Below, piece after piece: positions 1 through 13,600 of a stretch of DNA of 64,000 bases; within the stretch, counting starts at the first letter, position 1; the number at the start of each line of letters is the position of its first letter. The DNA lies in contig OZ024746.1 of assembly GCA_964016885.1 (NCBI GenBank), positions 86,428,001 through 86,492,000 of the forward strand, given 5' to 3'. Both the position numbers and the translations under genes were made by a program. This DNA comes from Eledone cirrhosa (lineage: Eukaryota). Below the pieces are notes generated by a model that was not told the origin of the DNA, made no database searches, and was given only the letters and a program-made list of their open reading frames with translations.

Positions 1-157
1 ATGTTGACGAAATTTGAAAATAAATATTAATTTAACATTTTATAATAACTTAATTACTGTATATATTTCTGTTCGTTAAAGGTAAGCATACACTCGGAAT
101 GTTCTTCATCATGCCGTCCATTTCCCTGTTTCAATAATTTTAATCTGGATAGTGTCC

Positions 158-985
158 TTCTGAGCTCAAATCCCGCCGAGGTTAACTTTGCCTTTCATCC
201 TTATGGGGTCGATAAAATAAAGTACCAGTCACGCACTGGAGTCGATTTAATCGACTTTCCCCTCCCCCCAAATTACTGGCCTTGTGCCTATATAAGAAAC
301 CATTAATCTGGATAGTGTCCTAGATTTTCTACAGAAACAAAATGTTATTTCTCCAGCATTTAATCTACCCCAAAAGCCCTAAAAAATTTCATTAAAATAT
401 TTGAATTTAGAATGTCGAATGAAATGCATAGCATCATTTCCTTAAGGCCACCCTCTACTTTCTGAGCTCAAATCCCGCCGAGGTCAACGTTGCCTTTCAT
501 CCTTCCGGGGTCCATAAAATAAAGTACCAGTAACGTACTGGGGTCAGTATAATCGACTTTCCTTTTCCCCTCCAAATTGTTAGCCTTGTGCCTCAATTAG
601 AAACCATTATCGGTAGAGGGTCGGACGCCATGCTTTGACGCATAGAATTACGACCCTTTCCATTCTGAGTTCAAATCCCGCCGAGGTCAACTTTGCCTTT
701 CATCCTTACGGGGTCGATAAAATAAAGTACCAGTAATCTACTGGGTAATTGCAGGCCTTATGCCAAAAGTAGAAACAATTACTAAGAAAGTTATTAGGGC
801 TGTGGCTTGTCAGTATCGGTAGAGCGTCGGACACACTGCTTCGAAATCCCGCCGAGGTTGGTTTTGCTTTTCATCCTTACGGCGTCTATAAAATAAAGTA
901 CCAGTCACTTACTGGGATTGATTTAATCGACTCCCCCTACCCCCACAAATGCTGGTCTTGTGCCTAAATCAGAAATTATTAAGGA
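158..985 (+). mobile_element. Cluster of about 4-5 same-orientation SINE family A copies
   Basis: Repeated ctgagttcaaatcccgccgaggttaactttgcctttcatccttacggggtcgataaaataaagtaccag. The first copy is flanked by TSD ttaatctggatagtgtcct. Confidence 0.9.
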
Positions 986-3900
986 TATTATTTCTGCAGC
1001 ATATTGAATCCACCTCAAAAGCCGTAAAAATTAAAAAAAGGCGGGGGGGGGGGTATTAAACTGTAGTGTGCTGTTACATCTTTAGCTCTTTAGCATTCAC
1101 ATTACTCTGTACTTACTATTGTATTTTCACAGAAAAAGCTTTACCTCACATCATTATCTAATATATGAGATTTTGATATTTATTTTGAGAACAATACCTT
1201 AACATTAGTATGAGCAGCCAGTTATGGACTGTTTGAACAGAAAGAGGTGAGAGAATTCTGGCCGGATATGGCCGGTTTAAATGCTAAAAGGTTACACAAC
1301 ATGCTACTCAACAATATGGTAGGGCACACACCAACAAGAGCCTCCATGTGGTAGCTCTATCAATTAAAAACCTCTCAAATCACACCTTACTATCTTAAAA
1401 TACAGAAAGGACGCATTGGTTAATGTAATTTTAGTTAAAGAAAAAAACGAGGTGGTCATATCTAGGACGCCTCTGAGTATACGTCTGTTCGAACAGGGCA
1501 GATGTTGCGCAATAACATGGAATAGCTACAACACCATTTCATTTGAAACGTCAGATGAAAAGCTTGTTTATTATCGGCTTTTGTATCATAGACCCACTGC
1601 AAGCATACTACTCAGCAACTATTGGATTGGCAGTATCGGTAGAGAGTCGGACGTCATGCTTTGCAGCAAAGAGTTACGGCCCTTTATGATCTGAGTTCAA
1701 ATCCTGTCGAGGTTAACTTTGCCTTTCATCCTTACGAGGTCGATAAAATAAAGTACCAGTAATACACTGGGATAATTGCTGGCCTTGTGCCAAAAGTAGA
1801 AACTATGTTATGTTATATAACACCCGCTGGTAAATATCTGGAACCTTATGCTACCGTCGGCTTTTATACGATAGACCCACTGCAAGCATGCTACTCAGCA
1901 ACTATGCTATGTTATATAACACCCGTTAAACACCACCATGACTACCATTAACACCGCATTGGCATACCATTGTATTCAACCAGCTAAACATAATAACCGC
2001 TGGTAAATATCTGAAACTGTCTTTAAAAGATGAATAACATTAAATTTGATATGCAATGGTGCAGGAGGAGGGTCATGGATGGAAAAATGTTAATCGTCAT
2101 GAGCGCAGTGAGGGCGAGGAGCTCATCCTGACAGAGTAGCCCACCAACGTTGGTCACGAGCGAAACATGAACCCAGCCCCCACCCCGGAAATTAGGCACT
2201 CGCACAAAGTAAGCGGTACCTTTAGAATTGATCAGAGAGAGAGAGAGAGAGACGCAAATTGCCCCAGGTTCTTTGCTTCAATCAATCTATCATGCTCTAC
2301 ATCAAAAAGTGACAAACCCATCTCTCTTCACCTCCCCCTTTGCAGCTAGTCCATACTAGTAAAAAAGAGAGGTACCCACTAGAGAGGAGCAACTGTACAT
2401 AGAAAAAAAACACAGCAGAGACGAGTATTTACATAGAACTAGATATCTAGATTGTTTGGGTAATGAAAACTGGCCACGAGACTCAAGAGAACGTCTGACA
2501 TTAAACAAACACATGACAGAGAAATAAATAAACAAAGAGAGAGAGAGAGAGAGAGAGAGAGGGTATGCATCTGTATATAAGTAACACGCTTAAAACATTT
2601 ATTTCTCGTAATCTGTGTGTATATGTGCAGGAGTGTGTCTGTGTATCAATACAAAACAGTAAGATAAGGATAAAGAGCAGGAGACGAATAGACAAGATGT
2701 ATGGGAGATAATTTGTTTGGAAACGCGCGTGATCTGTATGAAGGCCAGCAGATGGATAAAGTAGAGGCGAGAACGATAAGAAAGAAAGAGAATGAATGAG
2801 AGAAAGAAGAAGAGAGGGGGACAGTAGAGGAGAGATAGAGTGTATGAGGGAAAAACAAAGAGAGAGCGGGTGAATGAGTGAGTGTGTGAACTGTAATTTG
2901 CAAAACAAAACCTGTCAAGTTGTAAACACTCAGTAAGTCTAATTAATTGCTTCTACTTTTAGGCACAAGGCCAGCAATTTCCTAGTGCATTACTGGTACT
3001 TTATTTTATCGACCCCGTAAGGATGAAAGGCAAAGTCAACCTCGGCGGGATTTGAACTCAGATCGGAAAGGGACGTAACTATGCTGGAAAGCATGGCGTA
3101 CGACCCTCTACCGATACTGCCAATCCACCGCTAAGTAAGTCTAATTAATGGTAGGGTTTCGAGTCCCAGCAGGGACCTTATTTCCTTTCAAATACGACAC
3201 ACTTATTAAACTGTAGTAAAGCATACATATAAGCTTTTCATAACCCACCCCATCCAATTATTACATATCTAAGATCAGTGTTCTATAATACTTGAAGAAT
3301 GCAACAAACAATATTTAATCAATATTTTATTTACGCCAGATTTAGAGAGATCGAAGACTTGGATCTAGTCAAGCGAATAAAATAACGACCCTGCCTAACC
3401 AGCTAATCTATCCTCGTGAAGGACGCTGGTCTCGGGTAGACCACGTCCCCCAACTTCGCGAACAGGGCGAATTATGTAAATGTCCTGTTCTGTGTAATTG
3501 CAAGAAATATCTTCAGTGAGAATTGAACTCACTCGTGACATGAGCCGGTAGCGGTGTATCGTCTTATAGTTAGCCATTTCGATTTTAACCCTTCTCTCAA
3601 TACATCTATAGGATCCTTCCTGGGGTCACTCAACTTGCTAGAAATAGCAGCTTAATCTCCCTCCGTGCTGACATAGTGTGATAAATATTATATAACTCTT
3701 TAAGCTTATATTGTTTCAATAGCAATACATATATATTTAGACTAGTAAAACCACATAGCCCAACCTCCCCTACATGTCAATTGAACTTTGGCCACGTACC
3801 CGAAAAGATAACGTTTGAAAGGAACTGAAAGAAAAAATAATTCCGTTACCCACTCAAAACGGCAAAAGCTCAGCTGTAGGGCAGAAACTCATTATATATA

Positions 3901-5526
3901 TATATATACCTAACTCGTCCCTTGGACTGAGTGCTCTACCACTACGGATATTACCTTCCAGTGTTCCACCACGATATATATATATATATATATTCTTCCT
4001 ATATTTTTATCTATCTCACTTCCTCTCTTCTTCATTTGAAGAAATTGGTTATGTTCAAACCTTTCAGGGGCGATGGATTCCGCCAGGTTTAAAGTGTACA
4101 AGATACGCTGTATGTCGCAACAGCGCCCCTACGACTCAACCATGAGTTACGGGTCGATACATATATATTATACACATGTACATCTATACAAACATACATA
4201 TAAACAAAGGGGCAGAGAAGAATACAATTTTATTGACATGATAATTTCACCTGCCGCCAAATTCAACTGAAACTACACCTGACCATCTTTTTAAAAAGCC
4301 GACATATTAAATTGCATAATCCTGGATGATCTTTCGATGTAGCGGTGCACTTTCACTTTCATATGCTTAATGGGCTGCAGTTTTAGCAATACACATAAAC
4401 AAAACAACAACAAAAACAAACAAAACAAGCATACGTTCACATATAAGGGTGGATGTAGTCTTTACACGTGTGAGGTGAAAGAACGAGTGGGTGGTGACAG
4501 AGATAAGATGATGATAACAGTACAAAAATACTAGTAATGAAGATAAATGTAATGAAATGAACACTTACTGACACCAAGGGTCACAGCGTATAACTAGAAT
4601 TGTGTTCGTCCTTTATTTAAATATATATTTAAACAATATTCAATGTAAAGATTACTAAAAAAATGTTTATTTACAGAAAATAAAACTGACTTTATTTAAA
4701 AAAAAGTTTAATCTTTCACATTAAATATTGTTTAAATTTAACTAATTATAAACAATTGATTAAAAAGATTAACCAGGAGTTTAATCTTTCACATTAAATA
4801 TTGTTTAAATTTAACTAATTACTAACAATTAATAATAAATTAACCAGAATGATTCTCATTATGTTCTAAATATTTAAAGTATTCAATAATTGTTTCTACT
4901 TTTTGGCACAAGACCAGCAATTATCCAGTACATTACTGGTACTTTATTTTATCGACCCCATAAGGATGAAAGGCAAAGTTAACCTCGGCGGGATTTGAAC
5001 TCAGAATGGCAAGGGCCGTAACTCTAAAGTATTCAATAATGAAAGTAAAATGTGACCCGCAGTGTTCAGCATCCTGAAAAAAACCCTATGGAACGTAAAT
5101 TGACCGAGATACAACCTTCTAATAAAAAAAAAATCAATCATTAAAAATAATATTTCCTTTGGAAAATTTTAATTAGGCTTCTGTCCAAATTTACATTTTA
5201 AACGTGGGAGTTGTGTCTGAGGGGAATTTTGTCTTACACGCAAACTGTTATGGTTGATAACGTGATAAGCAAAACAAAAATATAAATGATGACATTAAAT
5301 AAAGATATAGATAAATGTATTTGTTGTACTGCCCTAGGTCAGACCAGATAGAGCAGACCCATAGATAAATAATATATTTATCAAACGTAACCATGTGAGC
5401 TTATTTACAATTTTTCCATACATAAATATACATTGTAAGGACAAAAATAAAATGTATAGTCAAACAAGAAAAACTAACCATAAATTATATTTGTTATATA
5501 ATTTACACAAAGACATTATATATATA

Positions 5527-5678
5527 TAGGTAAAATTCTGTTATAACGAATTTTTCAGTATAACGAAATTTCTTTCAGCCCCGGTCACACGCTCGATGTG
5601 TTTAGGTCGATCTCCTTATAAAGAATTTTTCGTTGCAACGAAATTTTTTATACTTGTGGATTTCGTTATAACGGAATT

Positions 5679-5686
<8 letters not shown>
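5527..5686. mobile_element. pogo/Tigger-type Tc1-mariner MITE in a TA tract
   Basis: Inverted termini taggtaaaattctgttataacgaa / ttcgttataacggaatttcacta flanked by TA, with internal ataacgaa repeats. Confidence 0.7.
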
Positions 5687-5716
<30 letters not shown>

Positions 5717-6019
5717 ATTAGAAAGTAAACAACACAATATAACTACTCCATTACCAATAATATATACTGTATATATACACTGAGCTCATTAAATTACAGG
5801 GGATTAACGAGTTTTTAACCCCATTTTTTAATTTGATTATATTATGAGAGAGAGAGAGAGTGTGTGTGTGTGCGTGTAACTTACAACTTGACAGAATGTG
5901 ATTGACCGACAGTTTGACGAATAATGCCAAAACTGGTGCAGCATGCAAAATGTAAACAATAACATATATTCAGGAAAACAATATAAATAGGCAAGTGGAA
6001 GTGGACGAATAACGGTAAA

Positions 6020-6250
6020 AGCTGTTGTTCTTGTTTAGGCTTAGCTGTCAGTCATATCAAAAGCATTCCAGGCGTGACCATAGCTTCGTTGTTTTTTTTT
6101 TTCTTCTGTGCATACGGCATAGTATATCCATAATCACATTATCCAATCTGTTCTCTCCTTACTTTTTTAAAAAGACTAGCTTGTGATTTGAGCGGAGTTT
6201 GGCTGCTATTTCTAGCAAGTCGAGCAACTCCATCAATGCTATCTTGTAAA
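6020..6250. repeat. Old dispersed repeat family (representative), core ttggctgctatttctagca
   Basis: Diverged copies near 3635, 9525, 9920, 10160, 10735, 11050, 12205, 13260, 16750, 34955, 43360, 58090 and 60555, often with a (GTT)n/(CAA)n end. Probably an ancient SINE. Confidence 0.6.
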
Positions 6251-7259
6251 CGAATGTAAATGTAGAATAGTGAGTGTAAGAAAGAGAAAGACAACAGTGG
6301 GGAAAGAACAAGATTTGAGAGAATATTTAGCTAAAAATGTGATTTTGACTACAAACATATATTGAGTGGGTATCCTGGTTTTATGAGGCATTGATTGAGT
6401 GAATAAGACTATTCTCCCTCATGGACAGGGCACCTGTCCATTGCAAGCTTAACTCCCAGCCGCTGTTTGTATTCTCCTTTCAGTTGAATGGACTAGACTG
6501 GAGAAATGTGAAATGAAGTCTTGCCCAAGGATTACTGATATTTTTAATTAGTTAGAAGTAACACACAGAAGGGAGGGAGAACAAAAAATATAGAAAGAAA
6601 CAAAGAGAAAAAAAAATGAGGGATTAAAAGAAAAAAGAATGACGAACAGGAAGCTACGTATAGACAGAGAGATAGAAAATATGTGAGATATTATCATAGA
6701 AACACAGAAGACTAGAAACGAGAAGATAATTTTGCAGACAGATTAAGAATAAAAACAAAGCAAAAAAAAACAAACACTTGCATATATATACTATGACCTT
6801 GACACATCGTGTAGAGCTAAGTATAGTAGTATATTTTCGTAGTAATTAAATTTTTATATATATATATGTGTGTGTGTGTGTGTGAGCCGTGTGTGTGAAT
6901 ATGCATAGCTATTAATATCCTAGTGGAAAATAAACGTTAAAATTTCCGAAATATGTCAAAATAAAGCTTTAGGCTAGCCGAAAACCGTCACTCGTGAAAT
7001 ATTCATATATATATATATGTATAAGCTTGGTGAAATATGCACACACACATGCTCATACAGTCAAATATTCATTTATCGTAATACTTTACATAAACGGATA
7101 TATACATATTAATAACAACATTCGCATATACACAACCAACTTATAATTCCAGTCAGTCACACGCGTTTAGGACTTACACTCTATCTATCTTTCTTTCCCT
7201 CTAACTACAACGTACACACATTCAGATTTACACATACGCTATCATAGGAAAACTGGGAA

Positions 7260-7568
7260 CGTTCTGTTCACGTGCTCAATGCATGAATGGAAAATTTAAC
7301 CAATGGTAAAGTCGGACGGCGGCATGCGCAGCAGCGATTGGACGATTGCGTACGCCGCCGACTTTCGATCTCTTAAAACACAACAGCTTGCCGTTGAAAC
7401 AAGTATATGGGGGAAAAATAAGGAAAAATTAGAGAAGAGTCGCAGACACGCATTTACATTACGTAGGGAGAGAGTCTTGTATTGAACTTCTGTCTTCAAA
7501 TTGCCAAACAGTTCCCAAAAACCAAAACAAACAGCAAAAATAATAACAATAAAGAGAAAGGTCTGCAT
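7260..7568 (+). promoter_or_regulatory. Probable proximal promoter / 5' UTR of the carrier gene
   Basis: Local CpG-rich patch 200-300 bp upstream of the ATG. It has E-box CACGTG (7269-7274), CCAAT (7300-7304), reverse CCAAT (7337-7341) and an NRF1-like GCATGCGCA (7322-7330). The TSS cannot be determined. Confidence 0.5.
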
Positions 7569-7609
7569 ATGGCATCTGGAGATAATGCTGTCCATCTCTT
7601 GGCCGGAGG
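7569..7609 (+). CDS. SLC25A36: Coding exon 1 of mitochondrial pyrimidine nucleotide carrier (SLC25A33/36, Rim2 family); MASGDNAVHLLAG(G)
   Basis: ATG at 7569, reading MASGDNAVHLLAG-GG, then donor gtaag at 7610. The phase-2 end joins exon 2 to give HLLAGGIGGTVGA, matching the family N-terminus (vertebrate LVHLFAGGCGGTVGA). Absent from the ORF track because it is short. Confidence 0.9.
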
Positions 7610-10600
7610 GTAAGAATAAATATATAATATATATATACATGTATATAATGTACACACACCTATAAATATAATTAGGTATTTAAATACACTTGTCACCTGG
7701 TATACTTTATATTTTTAATATTAGTTGAAAGTTATTAATTAAATACCAGTTACAAGATAGTAGAATAATAAATAAAACTCATTTTCTTTTCTTTCCTCTC
7801 GGTCATAATTACTGTACATTAAATGAGGGATCGATTTTCTTATCTGACTCTGTTTACAAGTGATCCTCCAGTTTATAATCACAAAAAATGTTTAAATTTA
7901 TACCTTTATATAATTTAAATAATAATATCTGAATATTATATGATATAATATATATATATATACACCTGCATATGCATATATTCTATTGTATGTATGTGTA
8001 TATTTATGAATATCTACTTACGTGGTATATATATATATAAATTATGTATATGTGTAGGTTGCGCGTTACACTTTCTATGTAATATTGTATTTTAATTAAT
8101 TATTTCTTTGCGTCATTAATATACTTTATTTGCTGGGTTCTTTAGTTTGAAGATATATTTATTTACCACTTAATAGTTAAATATTTATCGATTTATATAC
8201 ATATTACACCTTTCCTCGTTTTCTTTCGTAAGCCCAAAGCACCCACCCACTTGAAATCGTACTACACACCTTATACATGTTTTATCTATGTACTTAATCT
8301 TATATCTATAGGTGATTGATTAATTTTTGACATATAATCGGTTAACCCTTATGTGTTTTAATATTATATACACTTGTGTATTCGCTTCCGGAGAAGCAGA
8401 ATCTGTGATCAAGTTTCGATCCGTTCGTTGTATATCACTTCAATTCATTTATTCACATAATGGTTAATATACCATTTGGAAAATGCTTTAACGTTACACA
8501 ATTTTTTTTTCGTGTCTAAAGGCAATAATATATATATATATATGCATGCATGCATACATACATACACACACATATGTGTCTGAGTGCGTATTTGAAATCA
8601 CATCTACGCATAAACATGCATATATTAACATGTACTTCCCTTCATTCATACATATGTTACTTAATGCATTATCAATTATGCATGGTGCACAATCATTATA
8701 TATATATATATATATATATATGCATTTATGTTGCATCTAATCTAAAAAGGCCTTGTTTTCCTATTGAGATAACTGACCTGTGCATCTCTCTCGTTAGACT
8801 ATTTTATTTTTTAAAATGCTTTATATAACAGCATTATATTTAATACGTATTTCGTAACAGTACAGCGAAATATCTAACCTGTAATACTTGGCCATACACA
8901 CACATATATGTAATGTTTATATAAATATATATATATATATATATGTTTATGTATATATTTGTATGTGTATGCTTTTGTTTATATTTGTATATGTTTTGTC
9001 GCTATATATATATATGTGTGCATGATTCCATAAGTGTGTGTTTGAGTGTATAGAAATGCTTTGCTTACTGTTAGTTTATATCTAAACATACATTACATAT
9101 GTATGTATACACATGCAGCAAAACATTGTATTCATATTATTATGTTGTCTGGCTTTTGTTATTGTTAATGTCGTTATTGGTTTAAATTCACCAACCTCGC
9201 CGTCTTCTCTCTCTTTCCTCACACTCCTAAACCCAAACACTCACTTCCACTCTAATCCGTTACCTCCGCCATTCACCCATCTGGGTGAACAACAATTCAT
9301 CACCTGCCCACCGACCCCTTACTCTTTTCTGTTTCCTCTCCCACTTACTTATTCATATCTTTTAACCAGGATTGCCCTACATTTGTCCTTCAAGTGTTCA
9401 TGCGTTGTCTTATAATTGTTTACTAATACCGTTAGCTTTCTTTCTGGGTTTTCGCCTCATTATATATGTATATATGTAAAAGTGTGTCTGTGTTTCTTCT
9501 TCTGTCCAAAACATTACTTAACCTGCTCGAAATAGTAGCCAAATCATCTTATAAACAAAGAGCACCTTGGTTAATGTAGTTCTAAAAAAAAAAAGGGATG
9601 GTCAATGTTATGACGCCTTTAATGATAGGCTTGCTCGATCAATGTAGACTTTATTAAATAATATAAACAAACACCAGACTATATAAATTTTATCGGAAAT
9701 ACATAAATTACATGAAAAGCTGTGTCGTATCATAAATGTACAATAATCATGTCTTATGGTCTTAATTATCGTTAGTTGTTTAATTTAACCACATGTCAGC
9801 TCTAATCGAGTTGACCTATGGACAAACGTATTCAAACCATGATAACTATCCTATTCTTTTTTTTTTATTTTCATTTTATTATTCATAGTGTATCCCGAGC
9901 GGTAGGGTGTGGCTTGGAAGACCTGACTGCTATTTCTAGCAAGTCGAGTGACCATGTAGAGGCTTCCTCGTACTTAGCGCACGCAGAGTCAGTCCTGATT
10001 GAACAGATATAATGAAAAGTGTTCTAATCGTGACAATCCCTTCCTTTTATATATATCGAGTTTTATATTTTTTATATTATTTATATATCGAGTTTTATAC
10101 TATTCCATTCATATATTATTTAAGACAAACGAACAGACCACATGGTTCGATGGGGGAAATTTTAGCTGCTATTTCTAGCAGATTGAACAACCGCATAGAG
10201 GCTTCTTCTTTAGATCGATTTAATCCCAGATAATTGAATGTGTCAGAAAGGGTTGATTTATCGGACTTAATAAAAAATACAATACAATAGTTAGTTTTGT
10301 TCTTATACGAAACTAAATACTGTGATATATTTAAAATCTCGTTTATGTCCATTTTGCCTTTCATTCGTTCCTGATACAGTAAATAAATACCAGTGATAAA
10401 CGTGGTGTATTCCTTTGATAGTTTGTCTAAGAAAACATTTATTAAAAAAAAACATTGACAATACAATAGACTGCAAAATAGATTTACAACAATCACACAC
10501 ACAGATAATGTTATCAAATTGTTATTATCAACATTAAACGGTTATAGCTTAGTGGAACCCAAAGTGATCACATTAAGTAGATTCCACTGCACTAATAAAT

Positions 10601-13600
10601 ATAAGGCCACATAATTCGGAGAGAAAACAGTACTTGTGTGGTACCTTATTTGACCGACCTCCGAAGGACAAATTGCGACAGTTGACCTCTTGTAGTTCAC
10701 CGAGGGAGCTTGTAAAGTGGTTATATGATCGACTTAAAAAGAGCAGCTAAATCTTCCTTTAACCACACTCCGCTCTCTTGAATAAAGAAACGACACATTA
10801 AAGGCGAGATAGCCATGGGTAGATTTGCATTTGATTTGGCTCTTTTCATTCAGGTCTTCTACCCCACTTGAGCAAACCTATGATAAAAGGCGTTCCATCT
10901 GTGACGGCTATTTTTATGCATCTAAGATATTGTGTTATGTCATGGTAGTGATTGTTTACACTGACATAAAAGGGCCATGGGTGACAGGAATCAGTAGGGT
11001 GATTTTAAGTTACGTTCCTTTACTTGTAACTTCATTTCACAAGGAATCCGACTTACTAGAAATAGTAGCAAATCTCCCTTACTTTTGAAAAAATAAAAAA
11101 CACATTGGGTAATGTCCAAGATACGTATTGCCCTCCCCCATTTCCAAAGGACATAGGTCTGCTCGTACTCAGGGCTGACCTCGTACTAAACAAAAACAAC
11201 TTTACCAATGCACATACCTAACCTCCAAAATATCTGACTGTGTTTCTATCAGAAACCATTATTACAATCGGTCACCTGTTAGCTGTCGAACACAACTAGG
11301 AGAGGGCACTTACCCTTGTTTATCAGAGTAATTCTAGATGTGTGTGGTCCATTCATTGACCCCGAATAGCAGTTCCCCTGTCTGAGAACCCTATTACATA
11401 TTTGTATAAGTATAGCGTCACATTTGGGGGGGGGGGGTATATTATTTCTTTCATTCATTCGATTTCTTGGTAAGCTCCCATACCCTTTTGTAACCTGTCC
11501 CAGTTATGTTCCCTTGTCCACCACTCTTGTGGTAACAAGATAGAAAGTATTTGGATTGACAGTATCGGTGGAGCGTCAGACACCATGCGTTGCTGCATAG
11601 AATTATGGCCCTTTACATTCTGAGTTCAAATCCCGCCGAGGTTATAGGCTTTGCCTTTCATCCTTATGGTGTCGATAAAATAAAGCACCAGTAATGCACT
11701 GGGGTAATTGCTGGCCTTGTGCCAGAAGTAGAAACAATTATTACTATACAACTATATGTATGTCATGGATTGAGTTAATTTCTTGAAATAAGTAAACAAG
11801 AGAAATAATAATAATGATAGAAGAATGGACGGTAGATAGGTTTTGAATCGTTGTTTAATAAATAATACACCAGATGCATCTTGTGAGGGGAGGTGAGGAA
11901 CAAATGTTTATATTTTCAAATGAACACTCATGCTTGTTGACATACATTAGTTTTGCTAACTAGACAGCTAATTAGACAGAATATTATGGTAGGCCTCAGG
12001 TATTAATGTTTATATATATATATATACTAACTAATGCAGTCGTTTTATTAATTTGTGAAATGTAATTCTAGTCACAACACATGATTTACACACAGTCATT
12101 GATAAGATAGATTGCAATGTATTTTATTGTTTTTGTGGTTCAGACATGATTTAAATATACATACTACATTGTCCACTGTATCATCCCTTTCTTTATGACA
12201 GATATTTGGCTGCTATTTGTATTAGTTCAAACGACTACATTCACTCTGGCTTTATCCTCTATCTAATGTATTAGCTTTAGTATAGAACAAGTTGTGAATC
12301 TTTCACTATAGGTATATAAAATTGCCTACAATTAAATGAAACTTAAAGTGAAATATATTTGGTCTTTCACCAAATTTGGAAAGATTTATTTGTAATTATT
12401 TTTTGTTAATCTGCCAAACTCTGAACAATTTATTTGTAAAATTTAAAAAAAAAATCCATTCTGTGGATTTGAAACAATCCTGGAGTTGGAAGACCCCCAA
12501 AGCACCTGTAACAATCATGGAGAGCAGATTGTTTGAACTTCATGTTACTCCATGTGTCTTCTATGGTATTTAACCCTTTACCATTTACATTACTCTATAT
12601 TTGCTGTTATATTTTCATGGTAAAGGCTCTACCTCACATAATATCGAATCTATGAGATTTTGATATTATTCATTTTGAGAACAATACCTTAACATTGATA
12701 TAAGTGGGTGGTTACAGCCAGTTTCAACAGAAAGATGTGAGAGAATTCAGGCCAAATATGACCGGTTTGAATGCTAAAGGATTATATCGTTGCATCACTG
12801 GGATCTAGAAAATGAGGACTAGTTAAGGGAGTAATGGTTTGGAGAGTTTTTGGTAGGTGCTGTCAGTTACAGTGTGAATCAGAAAAAAATAATTCACTCT
12901 TATTTTATTGATTTTATTTCAGTTTAATTTTACTGCTGGTCATTTTATATACCTAGATCAAAAGGTCCTGAAGTCCACAAAGTGGAATAAATTATTGTAC
13001 CATGAAGAAAAGATATCTAATGTTTCAATCAGAATCCTTTGTTGAAAAGAGATGGATTGATTATAATAGATGTTATCATATGATGGTGCAATGTACTTAG
13101 TTTTATTATGCATATGCTCATGAAAACACTAGTGGGAGCCTCTCTCAGAGTAGTAGCTGAAGAAGAAGGCATAGGAACTGTCCAGGCCTTTCGAGACCTG
13201 ATTGAGGTTTGTGAAAGAGGACCTGTCAGACAGGTGTCTGTTGATACGATTTGAGGTATATTTAGTAACTATTTTTAGCAGGTTGAGCTTTCTTGTAATG
13301 ACTGCTGTGGGCTTATATTGTAATGCATTATCATGTTTCTATGGTGCACCTTGTGATAAGCAGTGCTTGTAGTCAATATTGGTCTTAACATGGCCGAATA
13401 GTTAATTTGGCTCATAATCACAAGGTTCTTGGTTTGATCCTAATGCATCTTGGACAAATGTCTTTTAACATAACCTTGAGTTAACACAAGCCCTGTGAAT
13501 GAAATTGGGTAAATAGAGATTGTTTGGAAGCCTATTGTAAGGACTATCTGTAATTCAAATTGGCCAGCAATATCATTCCATTCCTGAGAATTACGTTAAC

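Noticed and set aside
4706-4850. Short local tandem duplications (also 20404-20442, 23860-24110, 27465-27600, 60146-60186, 63723-63792)
   Set aside because: Ordinary slippage-type duplications with no further structure.
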